Source: Candidatus Microgenomatus auricola (lineage in GTDB: Bacteria; Patescibacteriota; Patescibacteriia; SBBC01). From it: a stretch of 64,000 nucleotides of DNA. Below, one piece after another: positions 28,930 through 38,813 of this stretch (within the stretch, counting starts at the first letter, position 1; each line of letters starts with the position of its first letter). The stretch covers positions 36,759 through 100,758 of the forward strand of contig SBBC01000013.1 of NCBI GenBank assembly GCA_005239865.1. The letters run 5' to 3'. The notes under the pieces are model-generated. The model had not been told where the DNA came from. It saw only the letters and a list, made by a program, of their open reading frames with translations, and did not search any database. The position numbers and the translations under genes were made by a program.

Positions 28930-28959
28930 TTGACAGGTCTTGAGGCCCTGACGTAGGAT
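28930..28959 (+). promoter_or_regulatory. Promoter TTGACA-N18-TAGGAT
   Basis: Lies in the divergent msrA/small-ORF intergenic region. Confidence 0.45.
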
Positions 28960-29018
28960 GAAGCCGCTCAATTGTCGGTCGCGTTCATTCTCGTTCCTAA
29001 AAGGAGGGTGATCAGGAA

Positions 29019-29288
29019 ATGCCGCAGCGCCAACTACCACAGCTACCGGTGGGAACACGCGTCCGGCTGGCCGAAACCCGTCGCTGGGGCGAGATCGCTC
29101 CCTGGCCAGAGGGCCTGCCAGAAGTCGTCAAAGCACTTCAGAAAACCCATGTCTGTGTCCGTCCTGACGTCCGAGACGCGGGCGAGGAACTCCTTCAGTA
29201 CTGGCCAAAAAACAAACTGTTGCAGGCGGGAGAGTCAGAACCTCCGAGCGATCCACCGCGCTTCTCGGCTACACCGGAGCAAGCGTAG
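29019..29288 (+). CDS. Small hypothetical protein (89 aa)
   Basis: Strong SD 'aaaggaggg' 9 nt before the ATG. Has its own promoter upstream and a terminator-like hairpin downstream. No recognisable domain. Confidence 0.5.
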   Translation: MPQRQLPQLPVGTRVRLAETRRWGEIAPWPEGLPEVVKALQKTHVCVRPDVRDAGEELLQYWPKNKLLQAGESEPPSDPPRFSATPEQA

Positions 29289-29330
29289 CACGTGGCCACC
29301 GACGAAAAGGCGACCACGTTTTATTGTTTG
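29289..29330 (+). terminator. Terminator-like hairpin (acgtgg...ccacgt) followed by TTTTATTGTTTG
   Basis: The imperfect stem plus T-rich tract sits immediately after the small-ORF stop. Confidence 0.4.
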
Positions 29331-29504
29331 ACTGCTATCAAACCAACAAAGAAAGCTCGCTTTAACCCCCTAGGACACGGGGACGGAGCCGTTTTTTATT
29401 TGACCTTGCGAATTTTCCGTAGAAACGCTACACTTGGTGAGGTCCATGATCCAGAAAATTTTTCTCCCAGTGTTGACCGACTGTGAGGATGGTTGAATTT
29501 CAAC

Positions 29505-30377
29505 ATGCCGCCACCGACCATGACTGCCATTATCGTCAGTTACAATGCCAGCCCGGAACTCCGACGATGCCTCCGGAGCGCGGCGACCTCGCGCGGCGTT
29601 TCCCTCAAGATCGTTGTCGTCGACAATGCCTCTACCGACGACAACGTCAATATGATCCGAGACGAGTTCCCTCAAGTTGACCTGATCGTCAATATGACCA
29701 ACCGCGGGTTTGCGGCCGCTGTAAATCAAGGACTGACGCGGGCGACGGGCAATATTGTCCTCCTCAACCCCGACCTTGAGCTCGAACCGGATACCCTGAC
29801 GGCGCTCGAAGCCGCATTGAAACGCCACCCACACGTCGGGATCGTCGGACCAGCGCTCAAGTACCCTGACGGCTCGCTCCAGCCCTCGGTCAAAAAATTT
29901 CCGCGCTGGATAGACCTCCTCCTCATCTTGACGAAGCTGCCGAACCTCTGGCCCGGTTTAGCGCGCTCATACAACGGCCTTGACGTTGACTATAAACGGG
30001 AACAGGTCGTTGATCAGGTCATGGGATCGTGCTTCATGATTCGACAATCCTGCCTGGACGACGTCGGGAAGTTTGACGAAGGTTTTTACATCTGGTTTGA
30101 GGAGGTTGATTTCTGTAAACGAGCCAGAGACCGGGGCTGGTCAACGCTTTTCACCCCGTCAGCGCGGGCGCGGCACAGCCGCGGAGCGAGCTTCAGGCAA
30201 TTACCGGCCAGGAGGAGACAGCGCATCCTGCGCCGGAGCGTGGTACATTACTGCCGAAAACATTTTGGATGGTTGGTCACATGGCTACTGCTTCCTGGTC
30301 TGTTCGTCAGTTGGCTTTCCGCCCTCATGATTGATGCCTTCCGGCTGGCCAAACCGCAACGGGCAAAAAATTTCTAA
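29505..30377 (+). CDS. GT2-family glycosyltransferase
   Basis: 'MTAIIVSYNASPELRRCLRS...VVVDNASTDD' GT-A fold start. The ATG at 29505 is preferred over the TTG at 29493. Confidence 0.75.
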   Translation: MPPPTMTAIIVSYNASPELRRCLRSAATSRGVSLKIVVVDNASTDDNVNMIRDEFPQVDLIVNMTNRGFAAAVNQGLTRATGNIVLLNPDLELEPDTLTALEAALKRHPHVGIVGPALKYPDGSLQPSVKKFPRWIDLLLILTKLPNLWPGLARSYNGLDVDYKREQVVDQVMGSCFMIRQSCLDDVGKFDEGFYIWFEEVDFCKRARDRGWSTLFTPSARARHSRGASFRQLPARRRQRILRRSVVHYCRKHFGWLVTWLLLPGLFVSWLSALMIDAFRLAKPQRAKNF

Positions 30378-30379
30378 GC

Positions 30380-31333
30380 ATGCCCCATCCATCGTACCGT
30401 TGCCCTAACTGCCACGCCCAGCTGCCTGACGCGAACCAGGCCACGCTGGCCTGCTCGCATTGCCAGGAAAGATACGTAATCCTTCATGGGATTCCCCAAT
30501 TCATCGCCAGGAGATTTCTCGACCCCTTCAAACAGACCGAGCAACATTTCCACGACGAACTGTCGTGCGCGGCCACCGCTGCCGGCGTGGCGGCACGCGA
30601 TTCAACTTTCCATCTCCACTTCAAGCAGCCGATGATGAATCTGTCGCCGGGCTCGACCGTTCTCGAAGTGGCCGGCGGAACGCGCGCCGATGGCATTGAG
30701 ATCGCCCTGGCCGGTCAATTCGTCACCATGCTCGATCTGGCACCGCAAGCAGTCGAGCGTGCGCGTCAGCTTGCTCAAGACGCTGGCGTCAGAGAGCGAA
30801 TGCGATTCTGCGTGGCTGACAGTGAACATCTTCCGTTTGCCGATCGAAGTTTCGATGCCACCTTTGTGGCCGCGTCGTTTCATCACTTTCCAAACCAGCT
30901 GGCTGCGCTCCAAGAGATGAAACGGGTGACCAAACCTGGCGGGTATGTCATCTGGGGGGTTGAACCGGCGGCCTGGCCGTATACAACGGTGTTCAAGATT
31001 CTCGGTCCGCTCAAACGCTTCATCCGCCGCCGACGAATCCGGGCCTTCAATTCCATCGCCGACGATACGACCAGCGGCTTCACGAAATCGCAGATCAAGG
31101 AGTTGTTTAACCGCGCCGGACTCCAGGTCCAAACCATCAAACCGGTAAAATTCCTCACGGAATTCTATGATTCTTGCGTGCGGATGCTCGGGAAACTCGC
31201 CCGACGCAACTTCGTGCCAATCGCAAGTATTGATCACCACTTAAGCAAAGTTGACGCATTGCTTGAACGCCTGCCACTCGTCACCAAACTCTATTGGCAC
31301 TGGAACGTCATTAGCCGGGTCCCTCGAGCATGA
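30380..31333 (+). CDS. Trm112-like zinc-ribbon domain fused to a class I SAM-dependent methyltransferase
   Basis: 'CPNCHAQL...CSHCQERYVILHGIPQF' zinc ribbon. Methyltransferase motif I 'VLEVAGGTRADGIEIA' and motif 'VAASFHHF'. Confidence 0.65.
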   Translation: MPHPSYRCPNCHAQLPDANQATLACSHCQERYVILHGIPQFIARRFLDPFKQTEQHFHDELSCAATAAGVAARDSTFHLHFKQPMMNLSPGSTVLEVAGGTRADGIEIALAGQFVTMLDLAPQAVERARQLAQDAGVRERMRFCVADSEHLPFADRSFDATFVAASFHHFPNQLAALQEMKRVTKPGGYVIWGVEPAAWPYTTVFKILGPLKRFIRRRRIRAFNSIADDTTSGFTKSQIKELFNRAGLQVQTIKPVKFLTEFYDSCVRMLGKLARRNFVPIASIDHHLSKVDALLERLPLVTKLYWHWNVISRVPRA

Positions 31334-32805
31334 TCGTCGAGCGACCAAAATTCACGATCTACCTCTGGCTGACCCTGGCCCTGGCCGCAAACGAAGGACT
31401 GTCATTCCTCGGGTATATCCATCCCGCCATCGGCACCGCGCTCTTCATCGCCATGGTGATTGGCGCCGGACTGGCGAGTTTTCGTTCGCTCGAAACTGGC
31501 CTCCTGATACTTTTTACCGAACTCTTCGTCGGCGGTAAAGGCTACCTCTACAGTCTTGAGATTGACTCGACGCGAATCTCCATCCGGATGGCGTTCTTTG
31601 TCATCGTCATGCTGGCCTGGGCATTCCGCTTCGCCCGGCATCGTGACCTCCGGCCTCGACTCGCCAGCGGGCTCCGACCATGGCTGTGGGCGTTCGCGGT
31701 CGTCGTCGTTCTCGGCGTTTTTGTTGGTCTCATCAAGGGCCACGGTCTGAAAGCTGTCTTCTTCGACGCCAATGCTTACTTCTTCTTTGCCCTGGCGCTA
31801 GTGTTGCTTTCGACCGCGATCAACCTCCAACGACTATTCTCGAATCTCATCGTCCTCATCGCCGCTGCTGCCACACTGATTGGCCTCAAGAGTCTGATCG
31901 CCCTCGGACTGTTCGTCGAGCTGCAGGTCAATTCCCTCCGCACGCTCTACACCTGGATCCGCAACACCGGCAGTGGCGAAGTCGCGCCGATTTTCGGTGG
32001 AACCTACCGCGTTTTCTTCCAGAGCCAAGTTTACGGGCTCTTGGGCGTTAGCCTCCTCGCCCCCTTCCTTGTTCCTAAAATCATTCGAGAGAAAAAGCCG
32101 TGGTGGCTTCTCCTCCCGATCACGCTCGGCGTGACTGCGGTCATCGTCTCCCTGTCCCGGAGTTTTTGGCTCGGTGGCGCAGCCGCCTTCTTCATCGCAC
32201 TCATTATCGGGATCCGCTGGTTCCGTTGGCGGATGGGCGACGTCGTTCGCATCGGCTCTGTCTCGATGGCTGTCATCGGAGTGGCCCTGACCCTCAACTC
32301 CTGGGCTTTAAACTTTCCGTATCCCTTTCCGCCACCTGGACAAGAAGGAAAAACGAATATCATCAGCCAACGACTTTCCGAGTTCGGGAGCGAGGCCGCG
32401 GCTACCAGCCGAATCACCTTAGCGCGTGCGCTCTTACCGGTCATCGCTCAAAGTCCGATTATTGGCTATGGCTTCGGCAAAACAGTCACGTACCAGAGCG
32501 ACGACCCGCGACAGGTTCAGTCACCAACCCAGGGGCGCTTCACGACCTATGCCTTTGAGCTCGGCTATCTCGATGTGGCTCTCAAAGTCGGACTGCTCGG
32601 ACTGCTGGTTCTCCTTGGCGTACTTTTCCAAACACTCCGCGTGCTCATCGCCCGTCCATCGCTTGTCAACTTCGGCTTGGCGGTCGGCCTGGTCACGCTC
32701 GCCACCGTCCACGTCACAACGCCGTATCTCAACCACCCCCTCGGAATCGGCTTCCTCCTGCTCGCCTTGGCCGCGGCTAATCAGCCGGAACCGAACGCTC
32801 CATGA
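31330..32805 (+). CDS. O-antigen ligase / Wzy-like polytopic membrane protein
   Basis: About 11 TM segments. Wzy_C-like motif 'SLSRSFWLGGAAAFFIALIIG'. Confidence 0.6.
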   Translation: MIVERPKFTIYLWLTLALAANEGLSFLGYIHPAIGTALFIAMVIGAGLASFRSLETGLLILFTELFVGGKGYLYSLEIDSTRISIRMAFFVIVMLAWAFRFARHRDLRPRLASGLRPWLWAFAVVVVLGVFVGLIKGHGLKAVFFDANAYFFFALALVLLSTAINLQRLFSNLIVLIAAAATLIGLKSLIALGLFVELQVNSLRTLYTWIRNTGSGEVAPIFGGTYRVFFQSQVYGLLGVSLLAPFLVPKIIREKKPWWLLLPITLGVTAVIVSLSRSFWLGGAAAFFIALIIGIRWFRWRMGDVVRIGSVSMAVIGVALTLNSWALNFPYPFPPPGQEGKTNIISQRLSEFGSEAAATSRITLARALLPVIAQSPIIGYGFGKTVTYQSDDPRQVQSPTQGRFTTYAFELGYLDVALKVGLLGLLVLLGVLFQTLRVLIARPSLVNFGLAVGLVTLATVHVTTPYLNHPLGIGFLLLALAAANQPEPNAP

Positions 32806-33806
32806 CCGTCTCACTTCACCTTGTTACCTGGAACAGTCACGCGTTCGTGCCGACGTTTCTCCGGAGCCTCGAGCAGCAAACCCGCAAACCGGATCGCGTT
32901 CTCGTCGTGGACAACAATTCACTGGACGGCACACTCGACCTCCTCAAGGAATTTCCAACGGTTCATGTCTTACGAAACACGCGCAATCTCGGTTTCGCCC
33001 GCGCCCATAACCAGGCCATTCGCCTGAGCACATCGGACGCCATTCTGATTGCCAACCCCGATCTTCTGCTTGAACCAACCTGCCTGGCTGAACTTGTCCA
33101 GACGCTTGAACGTCAACCAGCCCTCAGCAGCGTCTGCCCGAAACTCCTGCGATTCTCCTTCAGTCCGGATGACTTGAGGGAACCACAATTATCTGCTACC
33201 ATCGATAGCGCCGGCATGATCGTCAGACGCTCGCGTCAGGCCATAAATCGTGGCGAGGGCGAGCCTGATCATGGCCAATACGACCAGCCGGCGGATGTGT
33301 TCGGGGCGCCCGGTGTTTTAGCGCTCTACCGACGCCAGGCTCTCAACGACGTGGCGGACGACGAAGAATACTTCGACGAGGATTTCTTCGCATACAAAGA
33401 AGACGTTGACTTGGCGTGGCGACTCCAATCGGCCGGCTGGCGATGCCGTTACGTTCCTACCGCCCGGGCGTTTCACTACCGAACGTTAAGTCACCACGGC
33501 GACCAACTTACCGCCCTCATGAAAACTCGTCCACAACGGTCATCGTCGCTCCGCCGACTTTCATACCGAAATCACCTTCTGCTGCTCATTAAGAACGAAA
33601 CGCTCGGAACTTTCCTTCCGCACCTGCCATTCATCCTGTGGTACGAACTTCAAAAGCTGCTTTACCTCCTCCTCCGGGAGTGGCCAACACTCCCTGCGCT
33701 CGTCCAAGCGATTCAACGCATCCCAGCGATGCTCCGAAAGCGTCGCGCCTTCCGCGATCGCCGGCGCGTCGCCTCCGCGACGCTGCGTCAACTCTTCCGA
33801 CCATAG
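32802..33806 (+). CDS. GT2-family glycosyltransferase
   Basis: 'VSLHLVTWNS...VLVVDNNSLDGT' GT-A motifs and a DXD motif. Confidence 0.7.
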   Translation: MTVSLHLVTWNSHAFVPTFLRSLEQQTRKPDRVLVVDNNSLDGTLDLLKEFPTVHVLRNTRNLGFARAHNQAIRLSTSDAILIANPDLLLEPTCLAELVQTLERQPALSSVCPKLLRFSFSPDDLREPQLSATIDSAGMIVRRSRQAINRGEGEPDHGQYDQPADVFGAPGVLALYRRQALNDVADDEEYFDEDFFAYKEDVDLAWRLQSAGWRCRYVPTARAFHYRTLSHHGDQLTALMKTRPQRSSSLRRLSYRNHLLLLIKNETLGTFLPHLPFILWYELQKLLYLLLREWPTLPALVQAIQRIPAMLRKRRAFRDRRRVASATLRQLFRP

Positions 33807-33809
33807 ACC

Positions 33810-34628
33810 ATGGATCTCTCGATCATCATTGTCAACTACAAAGAGCCGGGTTTCCTGAAGCAATGCCTGAAGGGTATCCGCCAGGCCCAACCGCAGTTGA
33901 CCTATGAGGTGATCGTCGTTGATAACGCTTCCGGCGATCGCAGCCTCCCGATGGTGCGTGAACATTTCCCCGAAGTCATCCTTTTGCCGCAGAAAAAAAA
34001 CCTTGGTTTCCCCGTCGGAAACAATGTCGGAGTCCGCCGCTCGCGCGGGCGCTACGTCCTCCTGCTGAATCCGGACATCGCCGTTTTCAAAGGGGTACTC
34101 GAACAGCTGGTCGCCTATTTGGATGAGCATCCTGACGTCGGTATCGTGGCGCCAAAACTACTGAATCCCGATCAATCGGTCCAAACATCGTGTTACCGTT
34201 TCCCCACGCCGATGGTGCCGATTCTCCGACGAACGCCGTTAGGCCGACTCCCATTCGCGAAAAAGATCCTCCGGCACTACTTGATGCTCGACTGGGATCA
34301 CAACGATGACCGTTTAGTCGGGTGGGTCCTCGGTTCGTGCATGCTGGTACGACGCACAGCGTTCGAGCAGGTCGGGCTGATGGATGAACGATTCTTCATG
34401 TACTTTGAAGATGTTGACTGGTGCCGACGATTCTGGGAGCACGGCTGGAAAGTCGTCTATCGGTCATCGACGAGTATGGTTCACTACCACCAACGGATGT
34501 CGGCCGAGAGTCCGGGACTGAATGGCGTTTTTCAGAAATTAACGCGAATTCATATTCAAAGCGGCCTCAAGTACTTTCGGAAATACTTCCGTAAACCGTT
34601 ACCAGTGATCCCTCCCTCGCATGCTTAG
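33810..34628 (+). CDS. GT2-family glycosyltransferase
   Basis: 'LSIIIVNYKEPGFLKQCL...VIVVDNASGD' and 'FEDVDWC'. Confidence 0.75.
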   Translation: MDLSIIIVNYKEPGFLKQCLKGIRQAQPQLTYEVIVVDNASGDRSLPMVREHFPEVILLPQKKNLGFPVGNNVGVRRSRGRYVLLLNPDIAVFKGVLEQLVAYLDEHPDVGIVAPKLLNPDQSVQTSCYRFPTPMVPILRRTPLGRLPFAKKILRHYLMLDWDHNDDRLVGWVLGSCMLVRRTAFEQVGLMDERFFMYFEDVDWCRRFWEHGWKVVYRSSTSMVHYHQRMSAESPGLNGVFQKLTRIHIQSGLKYFRKYFRKPLPVIPPSHA

Positions 34629-36528
34629 ATACCACCGATCGTCACGAACAAACCGGCGGTGGTATCGCGACCAAAAAATCGTGGTCCGCGCAGCCGCACT
34701 GCTCGGAGCGCTGATGATTTTTAGCGCCGCCGTAGTGATCCCCGGGCTCTCGACGAAACGACACGGGGCCAAAGCCAAGACGGAACTCCTCCGCGCCCAA
34801 ACCCTCCTAGAAGATCAAGAGTTTTCCGCCGCGCGGCAAAGCTTAGCGCAAGCCCGGACCGACCTCCAGCGTGCCCAGCAGTCGTTTGCTCCGTTGCACG
34901 CCTTTCAAGGCGCGCCATTTCTCGGGACGCAAGTCCGTGCCCTCCGCGTCATTCTCGATGTCGGGATTAATCTCACCGAGGCGCTCGGGGACGGCGTCCG
35001 TGCGGCGGAACAAATCTTCGGACCGCTCCAGCAGGGGAGAGGCGAGATCAGTTTGGCCACCCTGACACCCGCGGATAAACAACACATTCTCGAGCGCTTC
35101 GGCCAAGCCAGTCCGCTGCTCGAATCGGTCAACCAACATATCGCCGGGGCCGTACGTCGTTTCCGCGACCTTCCCGAACGCGGCCTCCTACCGCCGCTCA
35201 ACGCCCTCGCCGCCCCAGTCAAGGAACAGCTGCCGTTCCTCGAAGACACCGTTGCCAAACTCATCCCCGCCACCCAAATCATTCCGGCGATCGTCGGATT
35301 TCCGGAACCAAAAACCTACCTCTTCCTCCTCCAGAATAATTCTGAACTTCGACCAACTGGCGGATTCATCGGCACCTACGGTATTTTGAAGGTAAACGCC
35401 GGCGAAATTGTCAGCTTTTCAACCCAGGACGTCTACACCCTTGATCGACCAGTCCGGAACACGCTCTTTGTAGAACCACCCGCCCCGCTCCGCAGATACA
35501 ACGCTACCACCCAGTGGTTCTTCCGCGACTCGAACTGGTCACCCGATTTCCCGACCGCTGCCGCGAAGGCGCTCGAATTCTACCGACTGGAGCGAGGTCC
35601 GGAACGGAATATCGATGGCGTCATCGCGGTCACACCGACCTTCATCTCCTCACTCCTCCGCTTAAGCGGTCAGATTACCGTCGACGGCATCACGTTTACG
35701 CCCGACAACCTCGTTGACCGACTTCAACCACTGGCGTCCCGGAAAGAACTGATCGGTGAAATGTCAAAAATTCTTCTCAACCGAATCTTGGCGCTGCCGC
35801 AACGCCGGTGGCAGGAGCTGGTCAGAACGCTCGTCGTTGCCCTCGAAGAAAAACACATGCTTCTGTACGCTCAAGAGCATGAGCTCGAACAAAAAATTCT
35901 GGCCCAACACTGGGGGGGAGAACTTCAAGCCCTCAAAGGCGATGGTCTCATGGTGGTCGACGCCAACCTGGCCAGTTTGAAAACCGATACCGTCGTCAAC
36001 CGTTCACTCACCTACGACCTCGAGGTGACGAGCCAAGCGGCGACTGCGACCCTCATGATTTCCTACACCAACAGCGGGGCTTTCACCAAAACGACGACGC
36101 GCTATCGGACCTACGTACGGATCTACGTCCCGCGCGGCAGTTCACTCATCAGTTCAACCGGAGCCATGGCAAATGATAAACTCCACGGCGGCCGATCGGG
36201 AACCATCGATGTCAGCGAAGAACTTGGACGGACGGTCTTCGGCGGATTCATCTCGATCGAACCAGGCGAAACACAGCACCTCAATTTTACCTATGCCTTA
36301 CCGGCCGATCTCCACCGTCGCCTCCAAACCAACGATTATACACTGACCGTTCAGAAACAACCGGGCACCCAGGCCCATGCCTTGACGGCCAAGGTAAAGT
36401 TCGACCGTCCGGTCAAACTCTTCACCGGCGTTGACGAGATGGAGAGAATTGGACATACTGGTGTCGCTTTGACCACTGACCTCCGGAGGGATCGCCACCT
36501 GACGGTGACGTTCTCATCAACGCAATAA
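34621..36528 (+). CDS. N-terminally anchored extracytoplasmic protein, possibly DUF4012-like
   Basis: N-terminal TM segment. Large extracellular domain with 'ELRPTGGFIGTYGILKV'. Family assignment is from memory only. Confidence 0.35.
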   Translation: MLRYHRSSRTNRRWYRDQKIVVRAAALLGALMIFSAAVVIPGLSTKRHGAKAKTELLRAQTLLEDQEFSAARQSLAQARTDLQRAQQSFAPLHAFQGAPFLGTQVRALRVILDVGINLTEALGDGVRAAEQIFGPLQQGRGEISLATLTPADKQHILERFGQASPLLESVNQHIAGAVRRFRDLPERGLLPPLNALAAPVKEQLPFLEDTVAKLIPATQIIPAIVGFPEPKTYLFLLQNNSELRPTGGFIGTYGILKVNAGEIVSFSTQDVYTLDRPVRNTLFVEPPAPLRRYNATTQWFFRDSNWSPDFPTAAAKALEFYRLERGPERNIDGVIAVTPTFISSLLRLSGQITVDGITFTPDNLVDRLQPLASRKELIGEMSKILLNRILALPQRRWQELVRTLVVALEEKHMLLYAQEHELEQKILAQHWGGELQALKGDGLMVVDANLASLKTDTVVNRSLTYDLEVTSQAATATLMISYTNSGAFTKTTTRYRTYVRIYVPRGSSLISSTGAMANDKLHGGRSGTIDVSEELGRTVFGGFISIEPGETQHLNFTYALPADLHRRLQTNDYTLTVQKQPGTQAHALTAKVKFDRPVKLFTGVDEMERIGHTGVALTTDLRRDRHLTVTFSSTQ

Positions 36529-36535
36529 TGTCGCC

Positions 36536-37543
36536 ATGTTCATCAAGCGCATCGGCATTGATCTCGGCACCACCAACACTCTCGTTCACCTCCCGGGCAA
36601 GGGGATTGTCTTGAATGAACCGTCAGTAGTCGCGATCTCACTCACCGATCGCAAGATCCTAGCGGTCGGCAACGAGGCCAAGGAGATGATCGGCCGGACA
36701 CCCGATTCAATTGTCGCCTTGCGACCGCTGAAAGATGGCGTGATTGCCGATTATCGCACGACCGAAGCGATGCTCCGTTACTTTATCAATAAAGCCACGG
36801 GCGGCATTCACATTTTTCGGCCAGAGGTTATGATTGCTGTGCCGGCCGGTATCACCTCGACCGAACGACGAGCAGTCATCGACGCGACGATCGCTGCCGG
36901 AGCTAGAGCCGCCTACATCATCAAAGAACCGATTGCCGCTGCTATCGGTTCGAACATTCCGATCGGCTCGGCGTCCGGACACATGATCATTGACGTCGGC
37001 GGCGGGACGACCGAGATCGCTGTCATTAGTTTGGGCGGCATTGTGGCCAATACCAGCGTCCGGATTGGTGGCAACAAGCTCGACGCCGCGATCCAAGAGT
37101 TTATCCGTAAAAAGTATGGGCTGGCGATCGGCGAGCGGACGGCTGAAGAAATGAAAATCTCGATCGGCTCAGCCACACCACTTGAACCGAAACTCTCGAT
37201 GGAAATCCGCGGCCGGGACGTCGTCAGCGGTCTGCCGCGGACGATGACCGTGATGTCGGACGATGTGACGGAAGCAATCGAGGATGAGCTCAGCGGCGTC
37301 ATTCAAGCAGTCAAACAAGTGCTTCAGGAGACGCCGCCCGAACTTTCAGCCGACGTCATTGACAAAGGCATGGTCCTGTCTGGCGGGTCGGCCCAACTCC
37401 GACAACTCGACCGTCTCCTCGCCACCGCGACCGGCGTCCCAACCTACGTAGCTGAAGAACCCCTTCTGTCGGTCGCGCGCGGGACCGGCATCGCACTCGA
37501 CAACCTCGAATCGTATAAACGTAGCATCCTGGCGGCGAAGTAA
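36536..37543 (+). CDS. mreB: Actin-like rod-shape protein MreB (paralog 1)
   Basis: 'IGIDLGTTNTLVH', 'DVGGGTTEIAVISLGG' and other actin-fold motifs. Confidence 0.85.
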   Translation: MFIKRIGIDLGTTNTLVHLPGKGIVLNEPSVVAISLTDRKILAVGNEAKEMIGRTPDSIVALRPLKDGVIADYRTTEAMLRYFINKATGGIHIFRPEVMIAVPAGITSTERRAVIDATIAAGARAAYIIKEPIAAAIGSNIPIGSASGHMIIDVGGGTTEIAVISLGGIVANTSVRIGGNKLDAAIQEFIRKKYGLAIGERTAEEMKISIGSATPLEPKLSMEIRGRDVVSGLPRTMTVMSDDVTEAIEDELSGVIQAVKQVLQETPPELSADVIDKGMVLSGGSAQLRQLDRLLATATGVPTYVAEEPLLSVARGTGIALDNLESYKRSILAAK

Positions 37544-37547
37544 AGGC

Positions 37548-38735
37548 ATGGTCATTGGTATCGACGCTTCGCGAGCCAACGTCCGTCAACGGACCGGGAC
37601 CGAGTGGTATTCCCTTCAGATTATCCGAGGACTGGTTGAGCAAGACCGAAGCCAACGTTTCGTTCTCTACCTCAAAGAAGAACCACGACCAGAGCTTCAA
37701 CATCTCGGACCGCATATCGAGCTGCGAATTCTTCGCTGGCCGCCTCGTTTCCTTTGGAACATCATCCGCTTATCGTGGGAGATGATCCGCCGCCCACCCG
37801 ATGTCCTGTTTGTGCCCGCTCACACAATTCCGCTCATCCATCCGCAAAAAACAGTTGTCACGCTCCATGATATCGGCTTCGAGCGGTTTCCCAACCTGTA
37901 TAGCCAAACCCGGATCGGCGGACAAACCATAGTCGGGTCGATCCTTCATCTCCTAGCCCGTCTCTTCACGCTCGGGCGGTACGGCAACAGCGAGCTCGAT
38001 TACCATCGCTGGTCGGCCCGTTTTGCCCTCAGCCACGCCCGCACCATCATCACGGTTTCCGAGTTTTCAAAGCGCGAAATCGCCGACGTCTATGGTGTCC
38101 CAAAAAACCAGATTGCCGTCGTCTACCATGGATTCGACCAGGCCCTGTATCGGCGGCCGTCTGATAAGCGAATCACCGAGATTCAACGACATTTTCACTT
38201 GCGTCGTCCGTATATCGTCTTTACTGGGCGCCTGGAAAAAAAGAAAAACATCGTCGGACTTCTCCAGGCGTTTGCTCACGCTCGTCATCATCTTCCCGAA
38301 CTTGAGCTCGTCCTCATCGGTCACGAAGGTCTCGGCTGGGACGAGGCCCGTATCGAACTCCGTCAACATGGCCTATCGAACGCCGCTCACGTGCTGGGTT
38401 GGCAACCGCCAGAGATTGCCATCCCGCTCCTGGCCGGGGCCGCCGCGCTCGTGTTCCTCTCGCAGTATGAAGGATTCGGAATGCCGTTGCTTGAGGCCTT
38501 TGCCCTGGGCGTACCGGTCGTCGCCTCCGCCTCAAGCGCGCTACCAGAAATCGGCGGGGCCGCTCCGTTGTTCGTTCAGCCCAACGTCCCGGCCGAAGCC
38601 GGACGCGCAATTGTGAAGATCATCACGAGCCGATCGCTGCGTCAACACCGGATTGCGCTCGGCTACGAGCAGGTCGCGTCGTTCACCTGGGAACGGGCTG
38701 CCCGGACGACACTCGAGATTCTCCGCCGAACGTAG
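37548..38735 (+). CDS. GT4-family (GT-B) glycosyltransferase
   Basis: 'SQYEGFGMPLLEAFALGVPVVAS' GT4 E-x7-E region. Confidence 0.75.
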   Translation: MVIGIDASRANVRQRTGTEWYSLQIIRGLVEQDRSQRFVLYLKEEPRPELQHLGPHIELRILRWPPRFLWNIIRLSWEMIRRPPDVLFVPAHTIPLIHPQKTVVTLHDIGFERFPNLYSQTRIGGQTIVGSILHLLARLFTLGRYGNSELDYHRWSARFALSHARTIITVSEFSKREIADVYGVPKNQIAVVYHGFDQALYRRPSDKRITEIQRHFHLRRPYIVFTGRLEKKKNIVGLLQAFAHARHHLPELELVLIGHEGLGWDEARIELRQHGLSNAAHVLGWQPPEIAIPLLAGAAALVFLSQYEGFGMPLLEAFALGVPVVASASSALPEIGGAAPLFVQPNVPAEAGRAIVKIITSRSLRQHRIALGYEQVASFTWERAARTTLEILRRT

Positions 38736-38813
38736 GACTTGCCGGTTCTTCGTGTTTCTGCTACAGTAGCAGTCACGAAAAACTCCTCGGCCAGTTCAAG
38801 CCTGCGCAAATCC

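Noticed and set aside
29289-29492. 204-nt gene-free gap screened for a tRNA or small RNA
   Set aside because: No cloverleaf-compatible sequence (no GTTCGA/T-loop followed by CCA). Only a terminator-like hairpin and a palindrome were found.
29483-29680. 65-aa ORF (MRMVEFQHAATDHD...) overlapping the GT2 start
   Set aside because: It is out of frame with the GT2 gene, which has a clear GT-A N-terminus. No independent support.
30602-31240. 212-aa - strand ORF inside the Trm112-methyltransferase gene
   Set aside because: It is antisense to a + strand gene with clear SAM-methyltransferase motifs. It has no start context.
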